24,000 nt of DNA from Pseudohongiella sp. (GCF_040877505.1 NZ_JBBDNQ010000046.1:6432-30431); one strand, 5' to 3'. Shown: positions 1 to 7,911, numbered from the stretch's first letter. Program-made: numbers and translations. The notes: generated by a model from the letters alone, not told the origin.

Positions 1-348
1 CTGACCCTGCTCAGCAGCCCATTTCACCAGACGGTGGGCATCAAAGGTATTGGCGGTCAGGCGCTCCTGCAGTTTTTCAAAGTTGACGCCAAGCTCTTTG
101 GCAATCGTCATCATATTGCTCTGCGCTTCGCGCATCTCGTCCTCGCTGCGCCCGTACTTTTTCGCCAGCGCCGGCAGGATGGGCTCACCCTGGCCACTGT
201 GCGAGGGGTTCAGCTCAAAGGCATGCCACTGCACCGTGAACTCATAGTCCGATGCCAGCTGCGCCATGGCCTGCTGCAGGCGGGCATAACCGATGGCGCA
301 CCAGGGGCAGGCGATGTCGGAGACGATGTCGATTTGTAGTTTGTTCAT
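1..348 (-). CDS. DsbA-family thiol:disulfide oxidoreductase (FrnE/HCCA-isomerase-like), N-terminal part; gene runs off the window
   Basis: Absent from the ORF track because it has no stop in the window. The reverse complement of 346..348 is ATG, preceded by GGAGCG. Translation MNKLQIDIVSDIACPWCAIGYARLQQAMAQLASDYEF... carries a CPWC thioredoxin-fold active site near the N-terminus. Codon usage is GC-rich like the core genes. Confidence 0.8.
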   Translation of the reverse strand, partial: MNKLQIDIVSDIACPWCAIGYARLQQAMAQLASDYEFTVQWHAFELNPSHSGQGEPILPALAKKYGRSEDEMREAQSNMMTIAKELGVNFEKLQERLTANTFDAHRLVKWAAEQGQ

Positions 349-579
349 GGTGGGCGCTCCGAATTCTTCTTGAGGGTCAGCTCTATACTGCCAGTATTAT
401 TGTAAAGGTCTACGCTGATATTGGGTAACTCTGACGCATAAAGAGGTAGAACCATTGTGTGCTTCAAAATCGAAATATTAGCCGATTCATCTTCATATGT
501 TTGGTAGCCCATTCGCTATTTCCGAGCACTAACAATGAAACAAAAATCGTACCTTCCGACGTCAAACTCTGAGTATAGT

Positions 580-1080
580 CTAGAAGGCGGTATACCTCCT
601 CATTTCATCAACAAGAACCTCTTTAACGTTTGCTATGGCTTCTCCTAGTTTCTCGCTATACTCTTCCGATTCCTGATTGTATTTTTCCACAGATAAGTAG
701 CTAAACGAGGAAATTGTATCGCTATTGAAGTTCATCATCTCGGTTTCAGCAGATGATAATTCTTCTACTAAGTCGTCGAACTCCGGAAAATATAGCTCGA
801 TAAGTGCAACTGCCTTATTCGACTCTTCAGATCCTAGAGAGCCGTGTTGAGACTTCCTCAACTTAAGTAAATCATTATCACGCACACCTTTGAAGAAATT
901 TACAGACTCTTCCAGATAATAAGACTCCATGCTCAAGAGATGCTCATAGCATTTTTGGATAATCTCTCTGTAGTGTTTGTTGTGCTCTCTCTTGTTCGAC
1001 TTATTTTGAACGATATATACGCCGAGCAAAGTTAACATGCCACCCAGCATTGTTTGGAAAACGGGAAGAATGCTTTCCAT
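580..1080 (-). CDS. hypothetical membrane-anchored helical protein (N-terminal TM helix)
   Basis: 166-aa ORF. The N-terminus ILPVFQTMLGGMLTLLGVYIV is a TM segment, followed by a charged helical region. No family recognised. Confidence 0.55.
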   Translation of the reverse strand: MESILPVFQTMLGGMLTLLGVYIVQNKSNKREHNKHYREIIQKCYEHLLSMESYYLEESVNFFKGVRDNDLLKLRKSQHGSLGSEESNKAVALIELYFPEFDDLVEELSSAETEMMNFNSDTISSFSYLSVEKYNQESEEYSEKLGEAIANVKEVLVDEMRRYTAF

Positions 1081-1175
1081 AAAAAGGTCACCCTATTAAT
1101 TCTCTGATTCTTGTGAAAGTGATCTAAGTTTAATTGGAGTAAAGTAAAATAACATACTCGTTCTAAAGTGTTCTT

Positions 1176-2528
1176 CTAGTTCTCGTCGCTCTCTTCATTC
1201 TTTGAAGCATCCAAGTTGTCGAATAGCCTTTGGATTTCAGAAGGTGATCCAACATTTTCATACTTTCTTATGATATCACTATAGGTGCTCATATTATTCT
1301 CATCGAAGATAGTATTGTATTTATCGAGCCAATATTTGTAGGCTTCTACGCTCGCTTTGTTGGAGAGATTCTTATATTCGTCAAAATGTGTCGGTAGATG
1401 ATTTTTCATGTATTCTAGATTCCGAAACTTTTCTAAATCATCAGGAAACCTATTTTGAGACATAATCTCGCTAAGCTTCCCGAAACTAGATTCGTGCTTC
1501 TTCAAATATTCATTCACTATAAAATTCTGTGAATCTCTCAGTTGATTCAGATTATCAGCTCGATATTTATGTCTCGGCTTCGAATGGGAGGCTCTCGCAT
1601 CAATGATCGAATTCTCATCAACCTCTACCGACAGATAGGACTCACTATCTTTCATGAACATCGATGTGCTGTACATATGAAATGCGCTAATATCTGATTC
1701 GCCAAATATTTCTGCCTGAATCTCCGCTAGAGGTCCTATAACTTTGTTGCCGTTAGAGTGTATTTTATACCACCAATCATCCTTGGCATCATCGGTTACA
1801 AAGATGACGCTGGCTATATCTTTTTCTTTTGACTTCTGTATTATTTGTTTCCAGATGATTAGATCACCAAACTGCCGCTCGTAATTCAGTCCATCATAGA
1901 AAAAATGGGTATCCTCCTCTTTCTTAGCTTTTGACGCATCTTTAAAGCCCGGCGGAATTCTATTCCTAAACCGCTCCGCACCTTCTTTATAAAGGTTATC
2001 TAGCCATTCTTGACTTTTCGGTTTTTCACCAACTTTTCCTTCGAATAAGCTGTTTAAATCGTCTCTAATTGAGTCATGAGAACGAACGCAGGGTTGCTCG
2101 CTATTCCAATGTGCCACCGATTTTCGGTAGCTCGCTATACTTCTACTAATCTCCTTCTCAAGCCTTTCAGTATTCTCCGCTAACTTAGGAAAGCGGCGCT
2201 TCAATGCCAGCTGTTCGAAGTCAGATTTGAATACATTCTGTACCTTATCAAGGTTTCTATCTATTTCACTAAAAATACTTTTTTCATTCTTGATAACCTC
2301 TAGTCTTCGCTTCTGGTACTCGAGACCCGCGTGGTATGGGATCCAAATTTGCCCTTCTATAGATTTCAGTATTTTAAAGAAATCATTTCTAGTTTGGAGT
2401 GCATAACCATACAGATTAAGAAGCACGTTGGCATCGAACACAAAAAGTGTTTTGTCATCCTTCCAAAGATTTCCAAGCTCTTGTTGAGATGCGCTATAGA
2501 ACCCCCTAAATATATTTTTCATATTCAC
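1176..2528 (-). CDS. PIN-like nuclease-domain protein (PIN_8/DUF4935-type N-terminal domain) with a helical C-terminal extension
   Basis: 450-aa ORF. It carries FVFDANVLLNLYGY (first acidic PIN motif), GLEYQKRR, IPPGFKDA, FGDLIIWKQII and VIFVTDDAKDDWWYK. This order of motifs is what I remember for PIN-like domain-containing proteins. GGGGG lies 5 nt upstream of the ATG. Confidence 0.7.
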   Translation of the reverse strand: MNMKNIFRGFYSASQQELGNLWKDDKTLFVFDANVLLNLYGYALQTRNDFFKILKSIEGQIWIPYHAGLEYQKRRLEVIKNEKSIFSEIDRNLDKVQNVFKSDFEQLALKRRFPKLAENTERLEKEISRSIASYRKSVAHWNSEQPCVRSHDSIRDDLNSLFEGKVGEKPKSQEWLDNLYKEGAERFRNRIPPGFKDASKAKKEEDTHFFYDGLNYERQFGDLIIWKQIIQKSKEKDIASVIFVTDDAKDDWWYKIHSNGNKVIGPLAEIQAEIFGESDISAFHMYSTSMFMKDSESYLSVEVDENSIIDARASHSKPRHKYRADNLNQLRDSQNFIVNEYLKKHESSFGKLSEIMSQNRFPDDLEKFRNLEYMKNHLPTHFDEYKNLSNKASVEAYKYWLDKYNTIFDENNMSTYSDIIRKYENVGSPSEIQRLFDNLDASKNEESDEN

Positions 2529-2849
2529 CCCCTATATCCAATGATTTTTGATGATACTTCGAAAGCATTAAGCCCTTGTCTGCACACGCAGAGTAGGGCT
2601 GCTGGTAGGCGGCGAACTCATCTGGAAAGACGATTCCTATCTCCTCCCCCAACTTAGTCAGCTGTACCTCAGTCTATTCTGCCTGGAACAACCACTACAA
2701 TTAGTCTGGAGAAATTCGAAAGCGGACGAGTCTAAATACCCGGGCCTAAAAATTCATTGTTTCGGACAAGTACAATAGGCGTAAGCTAATTCTAGAAAAT
2801 ATCGTTTTGCAATGGAGGTAAATCAAATCATACCGTTCTCTTAACTTAT

Positions 2850-3059
2850 CTAGTGCCCTATCCAACAGGCTCGTGGTGTAACTGAAGTTCGATTATTATG
2901 GCAGCCAATAGTTTTATCTACCGAGACTTCGCTATTGGTGATAATCGTAGCAAAAAATTCCCATATACTGCTTTCCGTGATCTTGTCGTAGATAGCGTTG
3001 TTCGCTAGAACCTTTTCCGTGTTATACCATAGCCCAATGATACAATAATACCTGTTCAT
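2850..3059 (-). CDS. small hypothetical protein (weak call)
   Basis: 69-aa ORF co-oriented with the island genes. No recognisable domain and no convincing RBS. Confidence 0.3.
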   Translation of the reverse strand: MNRYYCIIGLWYNTEKVLANNAIYDKITESSIWEFFATIITNSEVSVDKTIGCHNNRTSVTPRACWIGH

Positions 3060-3115
3060 TTAGTCTAGCTCTACATACTAATTATACTCAACATCCCCCG
3101 AGGTAGGTGACACGT

Positions 3116-3574
3116 TTATACGTCCGATTTGGTCCTTTTGTTAGAGGCGTTCTCTTCATCACCTAATATATCGCTAATAAAATCATCCACACCAGCTGCC
3201 TTGTATGATATGGCTTTGTACAAATCAAAAATGCCTGTGATTCGTGGAAAACTCCAAATTGAATTCCCTTTTCTATCGACAAACTCAAGTTCAATAGCTA
3301 TTGAATAAGTGGGCTGATAAGCGTACGTATTAAACAAGTGATTATCCTCACTATTATCATATTCCCTTTTATATATTCTTAGGATTCTCCCACCGTATTT
3401 TGTCTCAAATACAGCGCCAATAATCTTGGTAAACCCAAATTCGGAACCTTCGTTCGCCTCGACTACTTCCCAGCGCAATGTGGACTCCTGAGTTAGTTCA
3501 ATTAATTTGGCTACAAGTGCTACTAACTTTTCGTCTTGCTTAGCCATTTCCTTGACTCCATTTGTCATCTTCAC
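3116..3574 (-). CDS. hypothetical soluble protein, translationally coupled to the upstream membrane protein
   Basis: 152-aa ORF. An alternative start at 3547 (MAKQDEK...) gives an ATGGCTAA start/stop overlap with ORF 3540..3986. No family recognised. Confidence 0.55.
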   Translation of the reverse strand: MKMTNGVKEMAKQDEKLVALVAKLIELTQESTLRWEVVEANEGSEFGFTKIIGAVFETKYGGRILRIYKREYDNSEDNHLFNTYAYQPTYSIAIELEFVDRKGNSIWSFPRITGIFDLYKAISYKAAGVDDFISDILGDEENASNKRTKSDV

Positions 3575-3986
3575 GAATGTTTGAAATTTCTTGGATCACC
3601 ATATTCATTTCAAGATAAACCGCTCTGATCGAGTTCTTATCTATACTCTGATTCTCTCGAATTTCCTCAATGATCAAACGGAGTTTCTTTAGGGATAAAC
3701 GCATTGTTCCAGAGGACTTATTCTCAAGACTCCTAATATTTACTTGCGCAATCGCCAGTTCTTCGATAATTGCATGACTAGAGTCCGGGAGGTTAGTCAA
3801 TTCACTAGAAATCGTTGATGCGTGATTCTGTATTTTCTTTAAAAGACTCGGTAGTCTCGCTCTAAAAAGAAACTCTTGCTTTATTTTTCTCACTCCCAGA
3901 AAAACATAGATAGTGAAACCAAGCCCAGTAATCGAAGCAAGGCCACCGATTCGGTCAACGTTCAGCCATGAAAAAAGCGATTCCAT
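3540..3986 (-). CDS. hypothetical membrane-anchored helical protein
   Basis: 148-aa ORF. The N-terminal TM segment is GGLASITGLGFTIYVFLGV, followed by a helical region. AAGGAAA lies upstream of the ATG. The architecture parallels ORF 580..1080. Confidence 0.55.
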   Translation of the reverse strand: MESLFSWLNVDRIGGLASITGLGFTIYVFLGVRKIKQEFLFRARLPSLLKKIQNHASTISSELTNLPDSSHAIIEELAIAQVNIRSLENKSSGTMRLSLKKLRLIIEEIRENQSIDKNSIRAVYLEMNMVIQEISNIREDDKWSQGNG

Positions 3987-4091
3987 GTACAGTATTTCCT
4001 TAGTTTCTATTGCTGCTAAAACGCGCAGCTAAGTGGTTGAGGCGAGTCCGTAGCAGAAACGCTGTCGCCGTGATTGGGCTTACTAAAGCTT

Positions 4092-4457
4092 CTACAATAT
4101 GTCATCGTATTTGCGTCCATCAATCTCGCTGAATTCGAATGAACAAGGAAGTGCATTCATTCCGGCTTTTGCCATGGCTGTTGCATGAAATATCCAATCA
4201 ACAAGTTCAATGGGAAGTTTGCAAAGTCCAAATTCGGATTCGAACTTAACTAGCACCTTTGGGAGGGTATACTTCCCTCCTGGAACTTGTTACGCAAGTA
4301 CTTAGATTTCTTAGCATTCTTCTTTAGATGCCATATAGAAGCCGACTTTTATAACTTCGAATACGCCCCCCTTCTCTTTGTCCGACTTCATTAGGGGAAA
4401 TTGCGACTCGGGCAACTTATTCCATTCTTCAGCAGAAATAACATGGCCAATTCCCAT
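4092..4457 (-). pseudogene. disrupted ORF (or two micro-ORFs) interrupted by three in-frame TAA codons
   Basis: ATG at 4457 with GAGGA upstream. The frame stays open on both sides of TAA codons at 4311..4313, 4302..4304 and 4290..4292. The reading is MGIGHVISAEEWNKLPESQFPL...SKEEC*EI*VLA*QVPGGKYTLPKVLVKFESEFGLCKLPIELVDW...YDDIL*. Confidence 0.35.
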
Positions 4458-4534
4458 TGCAAATCCTCGATAGCAGTTGAGGTTTGATGCCGCTGTTCAG
4501 CGGCGAAGTTGTCGTGCCACAGTTTTTGCGCTTT

Positions 4535-5326
4535 CTATGTGCTTTTTACTACCTTATGCCGCGCAATAGCTCGCTCGGTAAAGCCTTGTAGACCGTCGTA
4601 GTCGTCTAACCACAAATCGAGATTTCCATACGCATTCCTGAAATCATCCCATCGAGGATACTCGTTGACAAATAGCTCCATCCCTCGTGCAAACTCAAAA
4701 AGATTGTTTACAAGAGCCTGAAGCTCCGCAAGCCTGAAAAGGTAGGTAAGTATATTCTGAGGGGCGACGAGCATTTGAGCACCTACGGTAAAGGAATCTG
4801 GAATTCCGGATATCCGTGAATTATGAACCTGAAGCCTCATTAAAATGTAAGCTAAATAGCTACCCACTTCTGGATCTGCTTTTTCAATACAACGACTAAA
4901 AATGGTTTTGTACTCCTTCGGTGGTACGGGGAGCGCTGCCGCAAGTTCTCTTCTCCTGTTATTCCTTGGTTCAGACGCTCGTTCGTAGGCTTCAGATAAT
5001 AAGATTGCACTTAATTTGAAATACTCAGTTAGTTCACTCAATGCCTCTGGTAAAAATACTTTCGCGGCAATGAATTCCCTTTCTCTCTGTCTTTCGGCAT
5101 TGTATCTGCCGATATTAAAGGCGATAAGACTTGAAACGAAAGCGAGCATACCTACGTTCAAGCCTTGCCAGTTGTGCCAAACACTATGCACATAATTCCA
5201 GTCTCCGTCTCCGCTAATCCAAGGAAACAGAAACATGCTTAACCCATAGAGTGTTACTACTGGTATACCTATTCTATTGAGAAGTTCTATTACTACTTCA
5301 GGCTCCAGTATTCCTATATGTCTCAA
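4535..5326 (-). CDS. hypothetical membrane protein (2-3 N-terminal TM helices plus a helical cytoplasmic domain)
   Basis: 263-aa ORF with a TTG start at 5326 and GAGGG 7 nt upstream. TM segments are IGIPVVTLYGLSMFLFPWI and LNVGMLAFVSSLIAFNI. No family recognised. Confidence 0.6.
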   Translation of the reverse strand: MRHIGILEPEVVIELLNRIGIPVVTLYGLSMFLFPWISGDGDWNYVHSVWHNWQGLNVGMLAFVSSLIAFNIGRYNAERQREREFIAAKVFLPEALSELTEYFKLSAILLSEAYERASEPRNNRRRELAAALPVPPKEYKTIFSRCIEKADPEVGSYLAYILMRLQVHNSRISGIPDSFTVGAQMLVAPQNILTYLFRLAELQALVNNLFEFARGMELFVNEYPRWDDFRNAYGNLDLWLDDYDGLQGFTERAIARHKVVKST

Positions 5327-5383
5327 TATGTTTCCCTCAATCTACTGGTGGCGAACAATCTTGACCACTGGCGTTGTCACAGG

Positions 5384-5486
5384 ACACGACGCCTAAGTTC
5401 AGGGGCGTTTGAGACGATGACTATTTTTTGGCAGCAAACCTGGGCAATGGCTCAAACGTCCCTTGTAACGATTTGTTAGATGCCGC
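5384..5486 (-). repeat. attC-like imperfect bulged hairpin element downstream of the ATPase gene
   Basis: On the minus strand ATCTAAC (plus 5475..5481) lies 18 nt after the stop. Arms 5449..5469 and 5397..5415 pair as GTTACAAGGGACGTTTGAGCC / GTT-CAGGGG-CGTTTGAGAC, with two single-base bulges. A TTAGGC/GTCGTGT boundary follows at 5384..5397. Confidence 0.5.
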
Positions 5487-5499
5487 CTCACCCGTCGCC

Positions 5500-7017
5500 T
5501 CAAACTTGGAGGAAAAGTCGCATGGTCTCAATTGATTCTGTGAGTTCATCCGGGGTGAACAGTACGTTTTGGTCGTTCTCCGGATGATGAATTTGATGGC
5601 GAATGTACTCGGTAAGAATAATTTGCTGCGACACCGCAGAACCATCCTGCCGGAGACGAATGTACTGACGCTCCGGTTTGCCAAGTTTGTAGTCAGCCAA
5701 GCGTCCTTCTGCCTCAATGAACCCATATAGTTCGTTGTGATATTCATAGGACGCCTCTCCAAACGCAGAAAAATTTACTTCATTAAGGCTTGGATACGGT
5801 AGCTCATGTTCAAGAACGGGCGAAACTCGTTTCGGAGCCTGATCTGAAACCAGAATGATGTTCTCAAATTTCAGGCGCTTGACGATTTCGGGGCTGTGTG
5901 TTGTGAGCAATACCTGGGTATTGGGTGCTTCAGACAGGGCGATCAGCGCATCAGTCAAATCGCGCTGATGTTCTGGGTGTTGAGATGTTTCCGGTTCTTC
6001 GATGGCGTATACAATATCGGGCAAGTTAGCCTCATTTTGTCTCCTCTCTGCTTCTGCACGGAAAAAACTGATCAGCACGAGGCGCTTTACTCCACTTCCT
6101 CTCTTATTAATGGGGATATCATCATCACCGGTAATAGAGACGTTCTTGAAGACATCCGGCCACTTCAGGCTGGCGAAATCAGGAAGTTGAGGGTCGAGTG
6201 AATTGGCGATTGCTGGGTTCATTTCCCTAAGCTTTTGTAAGGTTCTCTGAGCCACCTGATCCAATCGTGCCTTCACCGTGTCCGTGACCTGCGCCAAATC
6301 TGCTTGAATTTGTGGATCACCGAGGATTTCCCTGACAGCGATTCGCATAGGATCCTGAACTTCATCGTCAGAATCGCTATTTTTTCGATCCGATTGGAAC
6401 AGCGTGTACAGCGGCATATACGCCTTGAGTTGTTCCCAGATGCTCCTGGCGTCAATCTTGGCAACTTCAATTTCGCAGTCGCCTAACTGTAAATTTGCCT
6501 GCCCACGCCAGATAGCTTTTCGTAGCTCAGCATTCTTTGTCTTATCCGGGCAGTCGAAACCGCCAGCTTCCAATATCTTCTTAAGGTCGGCGTTCTTCTT
6601 CAGAAGTAAGTCAGAACATTCTGGGTTTACGGGGTGATTGGCCCTAATAAATACCTTTTCCTTCCCCGCATTTGGGTATCTCTTGACGACATGCAGGGTT
6701 CGCGCCGACGTTAGCAGGTATTCCTCCTGCAGTGTCGTCTGGTTCGTGGCGTCAATGACGATATTTCCAGGAAGATCAGTGAATTCGATTTCGATTTCAA
6801 TGCAGTCCTGCCCTTGAGCAAGGCAATCTTTGTTTATATCGTCCTTGTCTATCTTTACGCAGCCTTTACCTTCATTGAAAAAGACGTCCAACGCTTCAAG
6901 AAGTGTTGATTTCCCAATGTCGTTACGACCGACAAGGACGAGCAGGTCATCAAGCTGTACCGTCACCGGGCTTGAATAGCTTCGAAACCGATTCACGGTT
7001 ACGGCTTTTATTTTCAT
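5500..7017 (-). CDS. AAA/ABC-type ATPase (AAA_15/AAA_21, OLD/AriA/GajA-like N-terminal ATPase) with a short C-terminal domain and no recognisable Toprim
   Basis: 505-aa ORF with Walker A GRNDIGKST and Walker B/D-loop IVYAIEEPETSQHP. The H-loop is LLTTHSPEIV and a signature-like segment is RGSGVKRL. The N-terminus MKIKAVTVNRFRSY... is typical of OLD-family/AAA_15 ATPases. Confidence 0.85.
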   Translation of the reverse strand: MKIKAVTVNRFRSYSSPVTVQLDDLLVLVGRNDIGKSTLLEALDVFFNEGKGCVKIDKDDINKDCLAQGQDCIEIEIEFTDLPGNIVIDATNQTTLQEEYLLTSARTLHVVKRYPNAGKEKVFIRANHPVNPECSDLLLKKNADLKKILEAGGFDCPDKTKNAELRKAIWRGQANLQLGDCEIEVAKIDARSIWEQLKAYMPLYTLFQSDRKNSDSDDEVQDPMRIAVREILGDPQIQADLAQVTDTVKARLDQVAQRTLQKLREMNPAIANSLDPQLPDFASLKWPDVFKNVSITGDDDIPINKRGSGVKRLVLISFFRAEAERRQNEANLPDIVYAIEEPETSQHPEHQRDLTDALIALSEAPNTQVLLTTHSPEIVKRLKFENIILVSDQAPKRVSPVLEHELPYPSLNEVNFSAFGEASYEYHNELYGFIEAEGRLADYKLGKPERQYIRLRQDGSAVSQQIILTEYIRHQIHHPENDQNVLFTPDELTESIETMRLFLQV

Positions 7018-7046
7018 CTTGTTATCACCCCATGTAGCAAAGCGGC

Positions 7047-7151
7047 AACTAATGCCCGTTTAAGCCGTAGCATTTTTGTGTTATTGTTTCAGCATAGCAA
7101 GTAACACAAAAACGCGTATGTTTTAGCGTCGTCTGGAAGCGCTTGTTATGC
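7047..7151 (-). repeat. attC-like spacer with a perfect 11-bp stem
   Basis: On the minus strand GCATAAC (plus 7145..7151) lies 8 nt after the stop of ORF 7160..7816. The perfect stem is 7073..7083 TTTTTGTGTTA / 7102..7112 TAACACAAAAA with an 18-nt loop. The element ends with GGCTTAAACGGGC-ATTAGTT (plus 7047..7053). Confidence 0.4.
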
Positions 7152-7159
7152 ATCTGCTA

Positions 7160-7816
7160 TCAGTCTAACCCTAGGAGTTTTCTAGCACCATCTGCAAGAA
7201 CCTTGCGCCCTTCTTTGGATTTTCCAATAGATACAACGAGTTTTACGATCTTGTTGGGTGCCGTTCTAAGCCACGTTTCTTTTGGATAATACTCTATGTC
7301 TTCCGACACCCTCTCTATACCATCCTTGAACTCTCTAAACTGAGTAGACGTTATAATCTGGTCTTCCTCAAGTTTACGTACCTTTTCTTCGAGACGAGAA
7401 AATTTCTCTCTCAGAGCATTGATCTCCTCTACAGTAAATTCTTCGTCTTTCGTCTGTTCGCCTAGCTGCTCCGATATTAGCTCTCTGAGCTCATTGACCT
7501 CACGATTTAGATCTTTCTCTGCTTTTAGTTCACTTCGGACCTCGCTAGTCCAACGAGGAATAGTTCGGAACACCTCGTCTAGTGAATCCACGAGCATTGT
7601 CTTGTTAGCAGTTATTTCGCCAGGCGACATTTCTATTCGGTAAATGTGCAAGGCCCGGTTCGCTGTGAAGTAATAAGTCTGATTGTGAAGGAACGTTATT
7701 CGTATCAAATCATCAATATCATCATCTCCGAAGTAACGTATAAAGTCATCGCTTGAAAAACATGTGGAATCTAGGACCGAATCTATCTCTTTTTGTATCG
7801 TCAATCGAAGTTTCAT
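7160..7816 (-). CDS. hypothetical coiled-coil protein
   Basis: 218-aa ORF. The central region EVRSELKAEKDLNREVNELRELISEQL...LREKFSRLEEKVRKLEED has heptad-like charged repeats. No family recognised. Confidence 0.6.
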   Translation of the reverse strand: MKLRLTIQKEIDSVLDSTCFSSDDFIRYFGDDDIDDLIRITFLHNQTYYFTANRALHIYRIEMSPGEITANKTMLVDSLDEVFRTIPRWTSEVRSELKAEKDLNREVNELRELISEQLGEQTKDEEFTVEEINALREKFSRLEEKVRKLEEDQIITSTQFREFKDGIERVSEDIEYYPKETWLRTAPNKIVKLVVSIGKSKEGRKVLADGARKLLGLD

Positions 7817-7834
7817 GAGGATTCCGCTTTATTT

Positions 7835-7897
7835 GCATAACGCTCTTCGTAATGGGCGAGGCGACAGCCCTGTCCAAGATTGATTTGATTGTTAGCT
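7835..7897 (-). repeat. attC-like 63-nt spacer
   Basis: The minus strand begins with AGCTAAC (plus 7891..7897), 14 nt after the stop of ORF 7912..8562. It ends with GTTATGC (plus 7835..7841), 18 nt before the ATG at 7816. Internal pairing is weak by eye. Confidence 0.35.
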
Positions 7898-7911
7898 GCC
7901 ATGACTTGAAT

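Noticed and set aside
361-579. Island left-end spacer as a coding region (37-aa ORF MVLPLYASELPNISVDLYNNTGSIELTLKKNSERPP running into the dsbA-like RBS)
   Set aside because: It is too short, has no RBS and is not recognisable. More likely it is a decayed cassette remnant or the promoter region for the dsbA-like gene.
4489-4506. Hairpin GCCGCTGTTCAGCGGC after ORF 4535..5326 as an intrinsic terminator
   Set aside because: The stem is short and is not followed by a T/U tract on either strand. It may instead belong to a short boundary element. I cannot decide by eye.
5421-5762. 113-aa minus-strand ORF overlapping the 3' end of the ATPase gene
   Set aside because: It is out of frame with a motif-rich ATPase CDS, and its 3' part covers the hairpin spacer. 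No RBS or recognisable sequence.
5500-7017. Calling the ATPase a full OLD-family nuclease or Gabija GajA
   Set aside because: Only about 115 aa follow the H-loop, and I see no DxD Toprim motif. No UvrD-like GajB partner or DUF4435 AriB partner is adjacent. I therefore kept it as an ATPase of uncertain system.
7073-7112. Perfect 11-bp stem as a rho-independent terminator
   Set aside because: The stem is AT-rich, with its A/T runs inside the stem rather than trailing it, and the loop is 18 nt. This is atypical for terminators, so it is reported as part of the attC-like spacer.
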